A stretch of DNA of 64,000 nt from Oscillospiraceae bacterium (GCA_015065455.1 SVQI01000009.1:1050-65049), one strand, 5' to 3'; positions 27,758-40,867 are shown, counted from the stretch's first letter. Numbers and translations: made by a program. Notes: generated by a model from the letters alone, not told the origin.

Positions 27758-27786
27758 TTGACTTTTGGTGTTTTATATTGCATAAT
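27758..27786 (+). promoter_or_regulatory. candidate promoter of proS
   Basis: TTGACT, 17 nt, CATAAT, about 40 nt upstream of the ATG. Confidence 0.5.
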
Positions 27787-27827
27787 AATAAGGATAGATA
27801 ATTATTTCAATTAAGGGGTTTAATTAA

Positions 27828-29267
27828 ATGGCTAAAGACAAGAAAATGGTAGAGGATATTACCTCTATGGACGTTGACTTCGCCCAGTGGTACACTGATA
27901 TTTGTAAAAAGGCGGAGCTTATTGAATACACAAGCGTAAAGGGTTGTATGGTTATAAGACCTTACGGCTATGCTATATGGGAACATATGCAGAGAATTCT
28001 TGACACGATGTTCAAAGAACTCGGACACGAAAACGTTTGTATGCCTATGTTTATTCCCGAAAGCTTATTGAATAAAGAAAAAGACCACGTTGAAGGTTTT
28101 GCACCCGAAGTTGCATGGGTTACTCACGGTGGAAAGGAAAAGCTTGAAGAAAGACTTTGCGTCCGTCCTACGTCAGAAACGCTTTTCTGTGAACATTACG
28201 CCAACATTATCCATTCATACAGAGACCTTCCCAAGTTGTATAACCAGTGGGTAAGCGTTGTCAGATGGGAAAAGACAACAAGACCTTTCCTCCGTTCAAG
28301 AGAATTTTTGTGGCAGGAAGGCCATACTATACACGCTACGGCTGAAGAAGCAATTATTGAAACAGAACAGATGCTCAACGTTTACGCAAAGTTCTGTGAA
28401 GAATCACTTGCTATGCCCGTTGTTAAGGGTAAGAAAACAGAAAGCGATAAATTTGCTGGTGCTGTATCTACCTACGCTATTGAAGCATTGATGCATGACG
28501 GTAAGGCTCTTCAGGCAGGTACTTCGCACTACTTCGGCGACGGCTTTGCAAAGGCTTTTGATATTACTTACACAGATAAAGAAAACAAGAGAGTATATCC
28601 TCACCAGACTTCGTGGGGCGTTACCACAAGACTTATCGGCGCTATCATTATGACTCATGGCGACGATTCGGGCCTTGTTCTCCCCCCTGCAGTTGCTCCT
28701 ATTCAGACGGTTATTATTCCGATAGCTCAGCACAAAGAAGGAGTTCTTGAAAAATCCGCAGAGCTTCGCGACAGACTTGCAAAGTCGTTCAGAGTTAAGC
28801 TTGACGACAGCGACAACTCTGCAGGCTGGAAGTTCTCCGAATACGAAATGAAGGGTGTTCCCGTTCGTCTCGAAATCGGTCCTCGCGATATTGAAAATAA
28901 TCAGTGCGTTCTTGTTACAAGACACGACAGACAGAAATACATCGTATCTCTCGATAATCTTGAAGAAGAAATTGCAGAAAAGCTCCAGATGGTTCGCGAC
29001 GGCATCTACCAGAAGGCTCTCGAAAACCGCGAAAAGCATACGTATGAATGTAAGACTATTGACGAAATTAATGCAAAGCTTGCTGAAAACGGTGACGGCT
29101 TCGTAAAGGCAATGTGGTGCGGCGATGAAGAATGCGAAGATAAGGTAAAAGAATTAACCGGTGTCGGTTCAAGATGTATCCCCGCAGAACAAGACCACTT
29201 CAGTGATACCTGCGTTTGCTGCGGCAAGAAAGCTAAGCATATGGTTTACTGGGGCAAAGCATATTAA
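27828..29267 (+). CDS. proS: proline--tRNA ligase (archaeal/eukaryotic-like, no editing insertion)
   Basis: 479 aa. Motifs F..WY......AEL.......G..V.RP.G..IWE, class II motifs 2 and 3, and a C-terminal zinc-binding-type domain ending YWGKAY. Confidence 0.95.
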   Translation: MAKDKKMVEDITSMDVDFAQWYTDICKKAELIEYTSVKGCMVIRPYGYAIWEHMQRILDTMFKELGHENVCMPMFIPESLLNKEKDHVEGFAPEVAWVTHGGKEKLEERLCVRPTSETLFCEHYANIIHSYRDLPKLYNQWVSVVRWEKTTRPFLRSREFLWQEGHTIHATAEEAIIETEQMLNVYAKFCEESLAMPVVKGKKTESDKFAGAVSTYAIEALMHDGKALQAGTSHYFGDGFAKAFDITYTDKENKRVYPHQTSWGVTTRLIGAIIMTHGDDSGLVLPPAVAPIQTVIIPIAQHKEGVLEKSAELRDRLAKSFRVKLDDSDNSAGWKFSEYEMKGVPVRLEIGPRDIENNQCVLVTRHDRQKYIVSLDNLEEEIAEKLQMVRDGIYQKALENREKHTYECKTIDEINAKLAENGDGFVKAMWCGDEECEDKVKELTGVGSRCIPAEQDHFSDTCVCCGKKAKHMVYWGKAY

Positions 29268-29303
29268 TTTGCTCAGCAAATAAAGTTTAAAAAGGAAATA
29301 GTT

Positions 29304-30428
29304 ATGTACAAATACCGAAAAAAATTCGGCAAAAACAAAACATCGACAGATTATGCTACGGCGTTTATCGCAATAGTATTGTCGATTTTTGGGATTTTTA
29401 TGGTTGCAAGCGCTACAAAGGGGAGCGATACCTCTTATATTACGAAGCAATCTTTTGCCGTTTTTCTCGGTATTTGTTTTATGTTTATCCTTTCTTTTGT
29501 AAACTACGAGGTGTTCTTAAATACCAAAATAAGCATTTTCCTCTTTGCAACTTCGATAGCTCTCTTGATTTTGACACTTATTATAGGAATAGGCTCGGGA
29601 AACCAAAGCTGGATAAATTTAACTGGGCTTTCAATCAACGTTCAGCCGTCAGAGTTCGTAAAGGTGCTGTTTATTCTGACCTTTGCAAAGCATCTCGATT
29701 CGGTAAAAGGAAGTATTAATAAACCTTTGAATCTTATATTATTGTTACTCCACGCAGGAATAATAATAGGATTGGTTATGCTTCAGGGTGACCTTGGTTC
29801 TGCTCTGGTGTTTATGTTTATAACGCTAGTTATGTGCTATACACAGGGATTGAATATATTCTATATAATTGGCGGGTTTGCTTTTGTGGGGCTCACGTCT
29901 CCATATTGGTGGAACTTTCTTAAGCCTTATCAGCAACAAAGAATTCTCGTAGGTTTTAATCCAGAGATTGATCCTTTAGGATTTGGATATCAGCAGATCT
30001 TATCAAAAAACGCGATTATGCAGGGCGGAGTTTTCGGTTCCGGATATATGGAATCAACAATAGCTCCTACAATACCTTATAATCATACCGATATGATTTT
30101 TGCAGTGATTACAGAGGAATTGGGATTCATCGGCGTTTGTGTAATGATGATAGTTTTAGCATTTCTCGTTGTGCGCATAACAAAGACCGCATTTATTGCC
30201 AGAAAGGATATAGGTTCTGCAATATGCGCAGGAGTTATAGCCATGATTATCGCGCAGACTGTTGAAAACATCGGTATGTGCTTAGGCGTTTTACCCATAA
30301 TCGGAATTACGCTTCCCTTTGTAAGCTACGGCGGATCATCAGTTTTGAGTTTGTTTTTGTCGATTGGCATAGTGATGAGTGTCTACCGATACAGAAGTAA
30401 ATACTTCTTTGAAAGAGAACCCTCCTAA
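29304..30428 (+). CDS. FtsW/RodA/SpoVE-family peptidoglycan glycosyltransferase
   Basis: 374 aa polytopic protein. SEDS motifs QPSEF.K, TDMIFAVI.EELGF and LPFVSYGGSS. Confidence 0.9.
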   Translation: MYKYRKKFGKNKTSTDYATAFIAIVLSIFGIFMVASATKGSDTSYITKQSFAVFLGICFMFILSFVNYEVFLNTKISIFLFATSIALLILTLIIGIGSGNQSWINLTGLSINVQPSEFVKVLFILTFAKHLDSVKGSINKPLNLILLLLHAGIIIGLVMLQGDLGSALVFMFITLVMCYTQGLNIFYIIGGFAFVGLTSPYWWNFLKPYQQQRILVGFNPEIDPLGFGYQQILSKNAIMQGGVFGSGYMESTIAPTIPYNHTDMIFAVITEELGFIGVCVMMIVLAFLVVRITKTAFIARKDIGSAICAGVIAMIIAQTVENIGMCLGVLPIIGITLPFVSYGGSSVLSLFLSIGIVMSVYRYRSKYFFEREPS

Positions 30429-30447
30429 AAAAATATATAAAATAATT

Positions 30448-30474
30448 GGCAGAGAAAATTTTCTCTGCCTTTTT
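30448..30474 (+). terminator. rho-independent terminator
   Basis: Hairpin ggcagagaaaa/ttttctctgcc followed by TTTTT. Confidence 0.85.
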
Positions 30475-30520
30475 CATTTTAAAAAAGCGATCAAGAAAAA
30501 TAATTGTTATAAACGGGACG

Positions 30521-31245
30521 TCGAAGAAGGGATTCCCCGAAACGCACGAAGTAAGTTTTTGGGAGTTCTCGTGTGCGCCGTCCCCTACCAAGTTAGGATT
30601 TATTATTTATTTAAATAATTTGTTCTTCTCTCCCTCAGTCAACTTCGTTGACAGCTCCCTCGTCAGATGGAGCTAAAAAGTTAGACTTTTTCAAAAAAAC
30701 GGCGGGAGCAAAATATACGCCCTAAAAATTTAGGATTTATTAACTCGCAATTCTTCTCAAACGGAGCGGCGGTGACATCGCCCCCTACAAAACAGGCAAT
30801 ACCGTCTCAGCAAACGATGGGGGTGCAAAGGGGGTAATCCCCCTTTGTCGTTTGCGGGGTAGGGGTTTATAGGGGCGGGGGAATCGAAACCCCTGCCCCT
30901 ATATGCCTTCTTTGGTTACTTTCTTGGCACGCAAGAAAGTAACGTAAAAAAAGAAAAAGACAATATTATCTGTTTAAAACGTTTATCTTTCTCTCCCTCA
31001 GTCATTTTCTAACGAAAATGCCAGCTCCCTCCTCAGATGGAGCCGAGAAATACGCGCTTCGCGCGTAAAAAAGCACAAAATGTCAGGAGCTTCGCTCCCG
31101 AACCCACACAAGAGGTGCACTTTTGAAAAAGTGCCCTCTTGACTCCCTCAAAACTTTTAATATAATTTTTTATATTATTTTTTAAAATATTATTTTATAT
31201 GTGCACTTTTGAAAAAGTGCCCTCTTGACTCCCCCAAAACTTTAC
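30521..31245. repeat. mosaic hairpin repeat locus D (forward orientation, most complete copy)
   Basis: Contains two copies of the framed core (30620..30672 and 30980..31042), the GC-rich three-hairpin module (30808..30943) and two copies of the gtgcacttttgaaaaagtgccctcttgactccc block. Confidence 0.92.
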
Positions 31246-31269
31246 CATAAAAAAATTTATAGACGCAAA

Positions 31270-31297
31270 TATCCACCTGTATGTCAGGTGGATATTG
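31270..31297. terminator. strong hairpin between locus D and the lacZ-type gene
   Basis: Hairpin aatatccacctg-tatgt-caggtggatatt. A T-run follows directly on the plus strand and about 14 nt away on the minus strand. Confidence 0.6.
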
Positions 31298-31300
31298 TTT

Positions 31301-34384
<3,084 letters not shown>

Positions 34385-34496
34385 TTATCGCACACACAGT
34401 AAAAAATGTCAATAACAGCATAATATTAAAAAAAGATGCGGCGTAACGCTCCCTATCAAACGCCACGCCGTAATTATAATTATAAATTAAGATCTA

Positions 34497-35513
34497 TCAA
34501 TATGCTATTACTCTCTTAAAGCCTTTAATAGTAAATCTGTCCCAGCTGTTCTCTTTATCAAGCCCCTCAATTGAAACTACTCCGTGAAGAGCCTCAATAC
34601 ACTTATCGTCGCCCAAATAAATAGCAACGTGGCATACACTGCTTCCCCAAGGTCTGCGGTAGAATACCAAATCTCCGGGAAGAAGCTCCTCTCTGCTAAC
34701 TTCCTTAAATTTTGGGTCAGCCCACATAAGTCTTGAGTTATATTCACTTAACGTTGAATGCTGAACGGGATCAAGTCCATCGGGATTTATACCTATTGAA
34801 TAAAGACACTCAAGCACCAGTCCCGAGCAGTCAACACCCTGCCCCGGCTTTCCCGAAGCTCCAACAACATATGGTGTTCCAAGGTATTCCTTAGCAGTAT
34901 CCAAAAACACTTCTATTATACGGTCTCTCGTTGAGCATTCTTCTATCCTTACGGGTGCTATATAAGTTCCGAGCGTTTTCCAATCCTCTCTGCTTAATCC
35001 CAGACTTACCCACGTTTTAATGTCAACCACACCAGTAGGAATCATTCCACGTCGCGCCTGATGTACGTAAACAGCCCATCTTGTAGGCTCGTAATAATAA
35101 CCCATCGTTGAAAAACTGAGCTTCAATGCCTTCTGAACGTAGTACACCTTAAGCCCCATAACACCTAGTGACAAATTATAATCTCCGCCATCCATAGTGC
35201 TTGACTCATATACCGGCTGATACCAGCCCTCAGGCGCTACGTAACCGGGTAACCCCTCTGCATAAGCATCCTTTTCAACGTATCCCGTGTTTTCTTCACC
35301 CTCTGTTGCCCCGATATCAATTTCATTCTCAGGGATTTCTGTCTCGTTTTTCTCTGTATCAACACTTTCCGTATCGACGCTTTCTGTTTCAACGTTTTCG
35401 GGCGTAGCGGCAAGAACGTGATTTGACTTATCAGCATCGCTTCCGATCCACAACACTAATAAAGCAACCACGAGAAATATCAATATTCCGCATATACACA
35501 AATATTTTTTCAT
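34497..35513 (-). CDS. NlpC/P60 (C40) family peptidoglycan endopeptidase, membrane anchored
   Basis: 338 aa. N-terminal TM helix, an acidic linker, and a C-terminal catalytic region GVDCSGLV...GDLVFY...HVAIYLG. Confidence 0.85.
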   Translation of the reverse strand: MKKYLCICGILIFLVVALLVLWIGSDADKSNHVLAATPENVETESVDTESVDTEKNETEIPENEIDIGATEGEENTGYVEKDAYAEGLPGYVAPEGWYQPVYESSTMDGGDYNLSLGVMGLKVYYVQKALKLSFSTMGYYYEPTRWAVYVHQARRGMIPTGVVDIKTWVSLGLSREDWKTLGTYIAPVRIEECSTRDRIIEVFLDTAKEYLGTPYVVGASGKPGQGVDCSGLVLECLYSIGINPDGLDPVQHSTLSEYNSRLMWADPKFKEVSREELLPGDLVFYRRPWGSSVCHVAIYLGDDKCIEALHGVVSIEGLDKENSWDRFTIKGFKRVIAY

Positions 35514-35722
35514 TAATATTACTATCTCCGCTCGACAGTTTTCAAGTATTTTACCATATTTTCAACATAATATCAAGCCGTTTTGAAAAAAACCTCGCAA
35601 ACTGTAAGTTTTCCCAAAACTGTTGAAAAAACATTGTGTCTGTGATAAAATGAAAAGGTATTGTTTTTGGTGTATAATTATTAAAACGGAAAGAAATACT
35701 AAATCACGGGGTGATTTGCTTC

Positions 35723-35818
35723 GTGAAAAACAATTTCGACAAATTCGGACTCGGATTTATTCTCGGCGTTATGCTTTTCGGGATAATTACGATAATGATA
35801 ATGTCATATTTACATTAA
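35723..35818 (+). CDS. possible 31-aa small membrane protein (GTG start; not in the ORF track)
   Basis: GGGGTGA sits 8 nt before the GTG. Translation (M)KNNFDKFGLGFILGVMLFGIITIMIMSYLH has one TM helix. There is no comparative support. Confidence 0.3.
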   Translation: MKNNFDKFGLGFILGVMLFGIITIMIMSYLH

Positions 35819-35833
35819 GTACGGTGATATATA

Positions 35834-36547
35834 TTGAATATGAGAATTGATAAACTGTTAACGACCATGGGTCTTGCAACAAGAAGCGAGGCATCAAAAG
35901 CTGTGCGCAAAGGCCAGATAAAGGTTAACGGTATCATTATTTCCAAAAGCGACAAAAAGGTGGACCCCGAAAAAGATTCCATTGAATATATGGGCAAGCC
36001 TGTCGTCTATATGAAAAACATCTATATTATGCTGAATAAACCGTCAGGCATCGTTTCCTCAACCGACGGCAAGGACGGTGAAACGGTTATTTCGCTTTTG
36101 CCCGAGGAGCTTCAGAAATGCGGCCTTTTCCCTTGCGGACGTCTTGATAAAGACACGTTAGGCTTTGTGCTTCTCACAAATGACGGCAGTACAGCCCACT
36201 ACCTGCTTTCTCCAAAAAGACACGTCAGCAAGGTATATTTTGTGAAGACGGAATTTGCCGTTACGCAAGACGATATTACTAAACTTGAAAACGGTATAAG
36301 CCTTGACCACGGAGACACCGCACTTCCCGCAAAGGTTGAAAAAATTGGAGACAACGAATTATATATAACGATAGTAGAAGGCATGTACCATCAAATTAAA
36401 AGAATGCTTGAGGCTGTAAACAACAAAGTTATATATCTTGAAAGGGTAGAATTTGGAACAATCCCCCTTGACACAAATCTTCAAAGGGGAGAATGGCGTT
36501 ATCTCACCAAACAGGAAATTGATATTCTTTTAAAACAGACAAAATAA
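35834..36547 (+). CDS. rRNA pseudouridine synthase (RsuA/RluB family) with an S4 domain
   Basis: 237 aa. S4 N-terminus MRIDKLL...G.A.R.EA...V..G.I.VNG, catalytic GRLDKDT.G, and HQIKRM. Confidence 0.92.
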   Translation: MNMRIDKLLTTMGLATRSEASKAVRKGQIKVNGIIISKSDKKVDPEKDSIEYMGKPVVYMKNIYIMLNKPSGIVSSTDGKDGETVISLLPEELQKCGLFPCGRLDKDTLGFVLLTNDGSTAHYLLSPKRHVSKVYFVKTEFAVTQDDITKLENGISLDHGDTALPAKVEKIGDNELYITIVEGMYHQIKRMLEAVNNKVIYLERVEFGTIPLDTNLQRGEWRYLTKQEIDILLKQTK

Positions 36548-36566
36548 AGGAGCATACATATATATT

Positions 36567-38723
36567 ATGGACATTAACAAGACTCTTGCCGAGGAATTCG
36601 GTATAAAACAAACTCAGGTCGACAACACAGTTAAGCTCATTGACGAAGGAAACACGATCCCCTTTATCGCGCGTTACAGAAAAGAGCTTACAGGTTCACT
36701 TGACGACGAATTACTCCGTAACCTTTTTGACAGATTAAACTATTTAAGAAACCTCAACAAGAGAAAAGAGGAAGTTTTTAACCTTATTTCCGAACAGGGA
36801 AAAATGACGCCCGAGATAGAAAAAGCATTGGCTGATGCAAAAATTCTTACCGAGGTTGAGGATATCTACCGTCCATTTAAGCCTCATAGAAAAACAAGAG
36901 CGTCGGTTGCAAGAGAAAAAGGGCTTGAACCCCTTTCTGCCCTTATAACCGAACAGAGAAACGAATACGAATCTTCCATTGAAGAAATTGCATCCCAATA
37001 CATAGACGAAGAAAAAGGCGTATGCTCCGTCGAGGAAGCTTTGGCGGGTGCTTGTGATATTATTTCAGAAAATATATCCGATAACGCAGAATACAGAAAA
37101 AACATCCGCAGTCTTACGTTTAATTACGGAAAGATCGTAACCAAGCAAACAAAAGAAGAAGACTCGGTTTATTCACAGTATTACGATTTTAAGGGAAGCT
37201 TAAAAGACCTTCCCGGACACAGAATACTTGCAATCAACCGCGCGGAAAAAGAAGAGTTTATAAAGGCATCGATCGATATCGACAGCGATATTATTTTAAA
37301 CTATCTTTTCGGTCAGGTCGTAACAAACCTGAACAGCCCTGCAAAAAAATACATTTCCGCATCTGTCGTTGACAGCTACGACAGACTTATTTCTCCCTCT
37401 ATAGAAAGAGAGATTCGTTCTTCCCTTTTTGACGACGCGAGCGAGGGCGCTATAAAACTATTTGAAGAAAATCTGAAAAATCTGCTTATGTCAGCTCCAC
37501 TTAAAGGAAAAACGGTAATGGGATATGACCCCGGATACCGTACCGGTTGTAAGCTTGCAGTCGTTGATAAGACGGGTAAAGTGCTTGATACTGCAGTAAT
37601 ATATCCTACAAAGCCTCAGGAAAGAATCGAAGAATCTGCCGTAACAGTTAAAAAGCTTATCAGAAAATACGGCGTTGATACTATTGCAATAGGCAATGGC
37701 ACAGCATCAAAGGAAAGCGAAATATTTATTGCAAACGTTCTCAGAGAAATTCCCGAGGACGTTAAGTACGCGATGGTCAGCGAGGCTGGTGCATCTGTTT
37801 ATTCAGCATCAAAGCTCGGAACAGAAGAATTTCCCGATTTTGACGTTACGCAGAGAAGCGCCGTATCGATAGCGCGCAGACTTCAGGACCCGTTGGCAGA
37901 GCTTGTAAAAATTGACCCGAAGTCAATAGGCGTAGGTCAGTATCAGCACGATATGAAGGCCGCAAGACTTGACGCTGCATTGACAGGTGTGGTTGAGGAC
38001 TGCGTAAACGCTGTCGGTGTTGACGTCAATACAGCAAGCTATTCTTTGCTTTCCTACATTTCGGGAATAAATATGACTTCGGCAAAAAACATAGTTAAAT
38101 ACAGAGAAGAAAACGGAGAATTTTCTTCAAGAAAACAAATTCTCAAGGTTCCGAAAATCGGAGCAAAAGCGTTTGAGCAGTGCGCGGGATTTTTGCGCGT
38201 ATCAGGCTCTGACGACATACTCGACAATACCGGCGTTCACCCGGAATCCTACGGAATTGCCAGAAGACTTCTTAAAAAGTTCGGTCTTGATGAAAGCGAT
38301 ATAGGAAATGAAAAAATTAAGCTTCTCAGACTTAAAATTGAAATGGAAGGACAGCAAAAAGTCTGCGATGAGCTGGAAGTGGGCGAACCAACCCTCGTCG
38401 ACATAGTAAACGAGCTTGAAAAACCCGGCCGCGACGTCAGAGACAGCCTTCCCTTACCCGTTCTCCGCACCGACGTTATGGATATGAGCGATCTTACGCC
38501 CGGAATGCAGCTTACAGGTACTGTCAGAAACGTTATCGACTTTGGCGCTTTTGTAGACATTGGCGTTCATCAGGACGGACTTGTGCATATTTCGGAAATA
38601 TCCGACAAATTTATCAAACATCCCTCGGAAGTGCTCGCTGTCGGCGACGTAGTAAACGTTAAAGTAAAGAGCGTTGACTTGGCTAAAAAGCGTATTTCTC
38701 TTACTATGAAAGACACAATTTAA
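36567..38723 (+). CDS. tex: Tex-like transcription accessory protein (S1 RNA-binding domain)
   Basis: 718 aa. N-terminus V...L.DEGNTIPFIARYRKE.TG, a YqgF/RuvC-like domain, HhH motifs and a C-terminal S1 domain (G.V.NV.DFGAFVDIG...DGLVHISE). Confidence 0.94.
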   Translation: MDINKTLAEEFGIKQTQVDNTVKLIDEGNTIPFIARYRKELTGSLDDELLRNLFDRLNYLRNLNKRKEEVFNLISEQGKMTPEIEKALADAKILTEVEDIYRPFKPHRKTRASVAREKGLEPLSALITEQRNEYESSIEEIASQYIDEEKGVCSVEEALAGACDIISENISDNAEYRKNIRSLTFNYGKIVTKQTKEEDSVYSQYYDFKGSLKDLPGHRILAINRAEKEEFIKASIDIDSDIILNYLFGQVVTNLNSPAKKYISASVVDSYDRLISPSIEREIRSSLFDDASEGAIKLFEENLKNLLMSAPLKGKTVMGYDPGYRTGCKLAVVDKTGKVLDTAVIYPTKPQERIEESAVTVKKLIRKYGVDTIAIGNGTASKESEIFIANVLREIPEDVKYAMVSEAGASVYSASKLGTEEFPDFDVTQRSAVSIARRLQDPLAELVKIDPKSIGVGQYQHDMKAARLDAALTGVVEDCVNAVGVDVNTASYSLLSYISGINMTSAKNIVKYREENGEFSSRKQILKVPKIGAKAFEQCAGFLRVSGSDDILDNTGVHPESYGIARRLLKKFGLDESDIGNEKIKLLRLKIEMEGQQKVCDELEVGEPTLVDIVNELEKPGRDVRDSLPLPVLRTDVMDMSDLTPGMQLTGTVRNVIDFGAFVDIGVHQDGLVHISEISDKFIKHPSEVLAVGDVVNVKVKSVDLAKKRISLTMKDTI

Positions 38724-38941
38724 TCATTCTAATATATTAGAAATCGGAAATATTTCTTTAATTGCACTATTCACAGTTTATTATTCTAAATTGTACATAT
38801 TGCACAAAATGATATATGTAATTTTGGGGAAATAACATCTTTAAAAATACAGAAAAATTTGTTAAAATATATCATATAAAAAAGCATATTTTTAAGGCGA
38901 CTGCACTCAGTCGGCTTTGACTTAATCTTAGGAGGATTCAA

Positions 38942-40060
38942 ATGGCAGGCTTATCATTCAGACACATTTACAAAAAGTATCCCGGAGGCGTTACAGCCGT
39001 TTCCGATTTCTGTCTTGAAGTAAAAGACAAGGAATTTATCATTTTCGTTGGTCCTTCCGGTTGCGGAAAATCAACAACACTTCGTATGGTCGCAGGACTT
39101 GAAGAAATCACAGAGGGCGAACTCTTTATCGGTGATAAGCTGGTAAACGATATTGCTCCTAAGGATAGAGATATTGCGATGGTTTTCCAGAACTACGCTT
39201 TGTATCCTCATATGACAGTATTCGACAATATGGCGTTCGGACTTAAGCTCCGCAAGACTCCCAAGGAAGAAATTAAGCGCCGCGTTGAAGAAGCAGCTCG
39301 TATCCTTGACATTTCTCACCTTCTCGACAGACGTCCTAAGGCTTTGTCCGGTGGTCAGAAGCAGCGTGTTGCGCTCGGTCGTGCTATCGTTCGTGAACCC
39401 CGCGTATTCCTTCTCGACGAACCTCTTTCAAACCTTGACGCTAAGCTCCGTGCAGCGATGAGAACTGAGATCACAAAGATCCACAAGAAACTCGGTACAA
39501 CATTTATTTACGTAACTCACGACCAGGTAGAAGCTATGACAATGGCTACCAGAATCGTTGTTATGAAAGACGGTATCATCCAGCAGGTTGACTCTCCTCA
39601 AAACCTCTACGATACACCCGTAAACGTATTCGTTGCAGGATTTATCGGAACACCTCAGATGAACTTCCTCGAAGTTAAACTCGAAAAGAAGAAATCCGAA
39701 GAAGACGTATATCTCGTATTCGGTGAAAACAGAATTAAGATTCCCGCAGAAAAGTTTGCTGAATCTAACCTTGATGAATACATCGGAAAAGAAGTTATCG
39801 CAGGTATCCGTCCCGAATGCTTGTACGATGACGAAGAAAGCATCGCTAAGTTCTCTGAATCTGTTATCGAAGCAGACGTTGAAGTTACAGAACTTATGGG
39901 CGCTGAAATCTACCTCTACCTCAATGCAGCTGACCAGAAGCTCACAGCACGTGTATCTTCTCGTTCAACTGTTAGAGCTGGCGACAAGATCAAGATCGCT
40001 CTCGAAATCGACAGAATGCACTTCTTCGATAAAGACACTGAAAAGTGCATCGTTCACTAA
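38942..40060 (+). CDS. sugar-type ABC transporter ATP-binding protein (MalK/MsmK/UgpC family), orphan
   Basis: 372 aa. Walker A GPSGCGKST, signature LSGGQKQRVALGRA, Walker B FLLDEPLSNLD, plus a C-terminal TOBE-like regulatory domain. No permease genes lie adjacent. Confidence 0.92.
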   Translation: MAGLSFRHIYKKYPGGVTAVSDFCLEVKDKEFIIFVGPSGCGKSTTLRMVAGLEEITEGELFIGDKLVNDIAPKDRDIAMVFQNYALYPHMTVFDNMAFGLKLRKTPKEEIKRRVEEAARILDISHLLDRRPKALSGGQKQRVALGRAIVREPRVFLLDEPLSNLDAKLRAAMRTEITKIHKKLGTTFIYVTHDQVEAMTMATRIVVMKDGIIQQVDSPQNLYDTPVNVFVAGFIGTPQMNFLEVKLEKKKSEEDVYLVFGENRIKIPAEKFAESNLDEYIGKEVIAGIRPECLYDDEESIAKFSESVIEADVEVTELMGAEIYLYLNAADQKLTARVSSRSTVRAGDKIKIALEIDRMHFFDKDTEKCIVH

Positions 40061-40077
40061 TCTGAATACAAAATTTA

Positions 40078-40109
40078 CCCTCTCGAAAAATCGGGAGGGT
40101 TTTTGTTTT
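40078..40109 (+). terminator. rho-independent terminator
   Basis: Hairpin ccctctcga-aaaa-tcgggaggg followed by TTTTTGTTTT. Confidence 0.8.
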
Positions 40110-40137
40110 GCATTTAATTACACTTGCACAGATACAA

Positions 40138-40790
40138 ACTCATTCGTCGCGCCGCTTCGCTACCTTCTCAGATGGAGCTAAAAAGTTAGATTATTTCAAA
40201 AAACGGCGGAAGCAAGATATACGCCCCACAAGCTAAACAATACCATCTCTGCAAACACGGGGAAACCGAAGGGGGTGTCCCCCTCGGTCGTTTGGTGGTT
40301 GGGGGTCGAGGGGGAGGAGGAATCGAAACCTCCGTCCCCTTGTGCCTTCTTTGGTTACTTTCTTGGCACGCAAGAAAGTAACGTAAAAAAGAAAAGACAA
40401 TATTATCTAATTAAAACGTTAATTCTTCTCTCCCTCAGTCATTTTCTAACGAAAATGCCAGCGTCTACTGCGGTTCGGTCACGGCTCGGCTCTACCAGTG
40501 AACCCCCAAGCTTTACTTCGTGCAGCTCGGGGAACCCCTAACCAGTCCACCGGACTTTTATTCACTCCCTCGCCGCCGCTTCGCTACCTCGTCAGATGGA
40601 GCCGAGAATTACGCGCTTCGCGCGTAAAAAAGGCACAGAATGTCAGGAGCTTTGCTCCCAAACCCACACAAAAGGAGCGCTTTTAAAAAAGCGCCCTCTT
40701 GACTCCCCCAAAACCTTTAGTAAAAAATTTTTAAATGCTCTTTTTGAAAAACACTCCTTTGGAAACCGCAAAAAATTTAATAAAACAACA
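40138..40790. repeat. mosaic hairpin repeat locus E (forward orientation, with nested extra modules)
   Basis: Module order matches locus D, but the framed core is split by about 150 bp of extra sequence (about 40452..40584). The GC-rich module lies at 40249..40382. Confidence 0.9.
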
Positions 40791-40805
40791 ATTTTTGTTT
40801 GTCAC

Positions 40806-40843
40806 ACAAAAAAGCGATGTATGAAATCATACATCGCTTTTTA
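40806..40843 (-). terminator. rho-independent terminator of the aminotransferase gene
   Basis: Hairpin agcgatgtatga-aa-tcatacatcgct flanked by an A-run and a T-run. Confidence 0.8.
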
Positions 40844-40867
40844 TTATATACGTGTTCCGATTTATAA

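Noticed and set aside
27655-27827. T-box leader upstream of proS.
   Set aside because: Only about 40 nt separate the predicted promoter from the start codon, and there is no specifier hairpin, T-box sequence or terminator.
35623-35850. 75-aa track ORF upstream of the pseudouridine synthase gene.
   Set aside because: Its composition is Cys/Arg-rich and odd, it has no RBS, and it overlaps the next gene's start. A different frame gives a more plausible 31-aa TM peptide, which is listed as a low-confidence feature.
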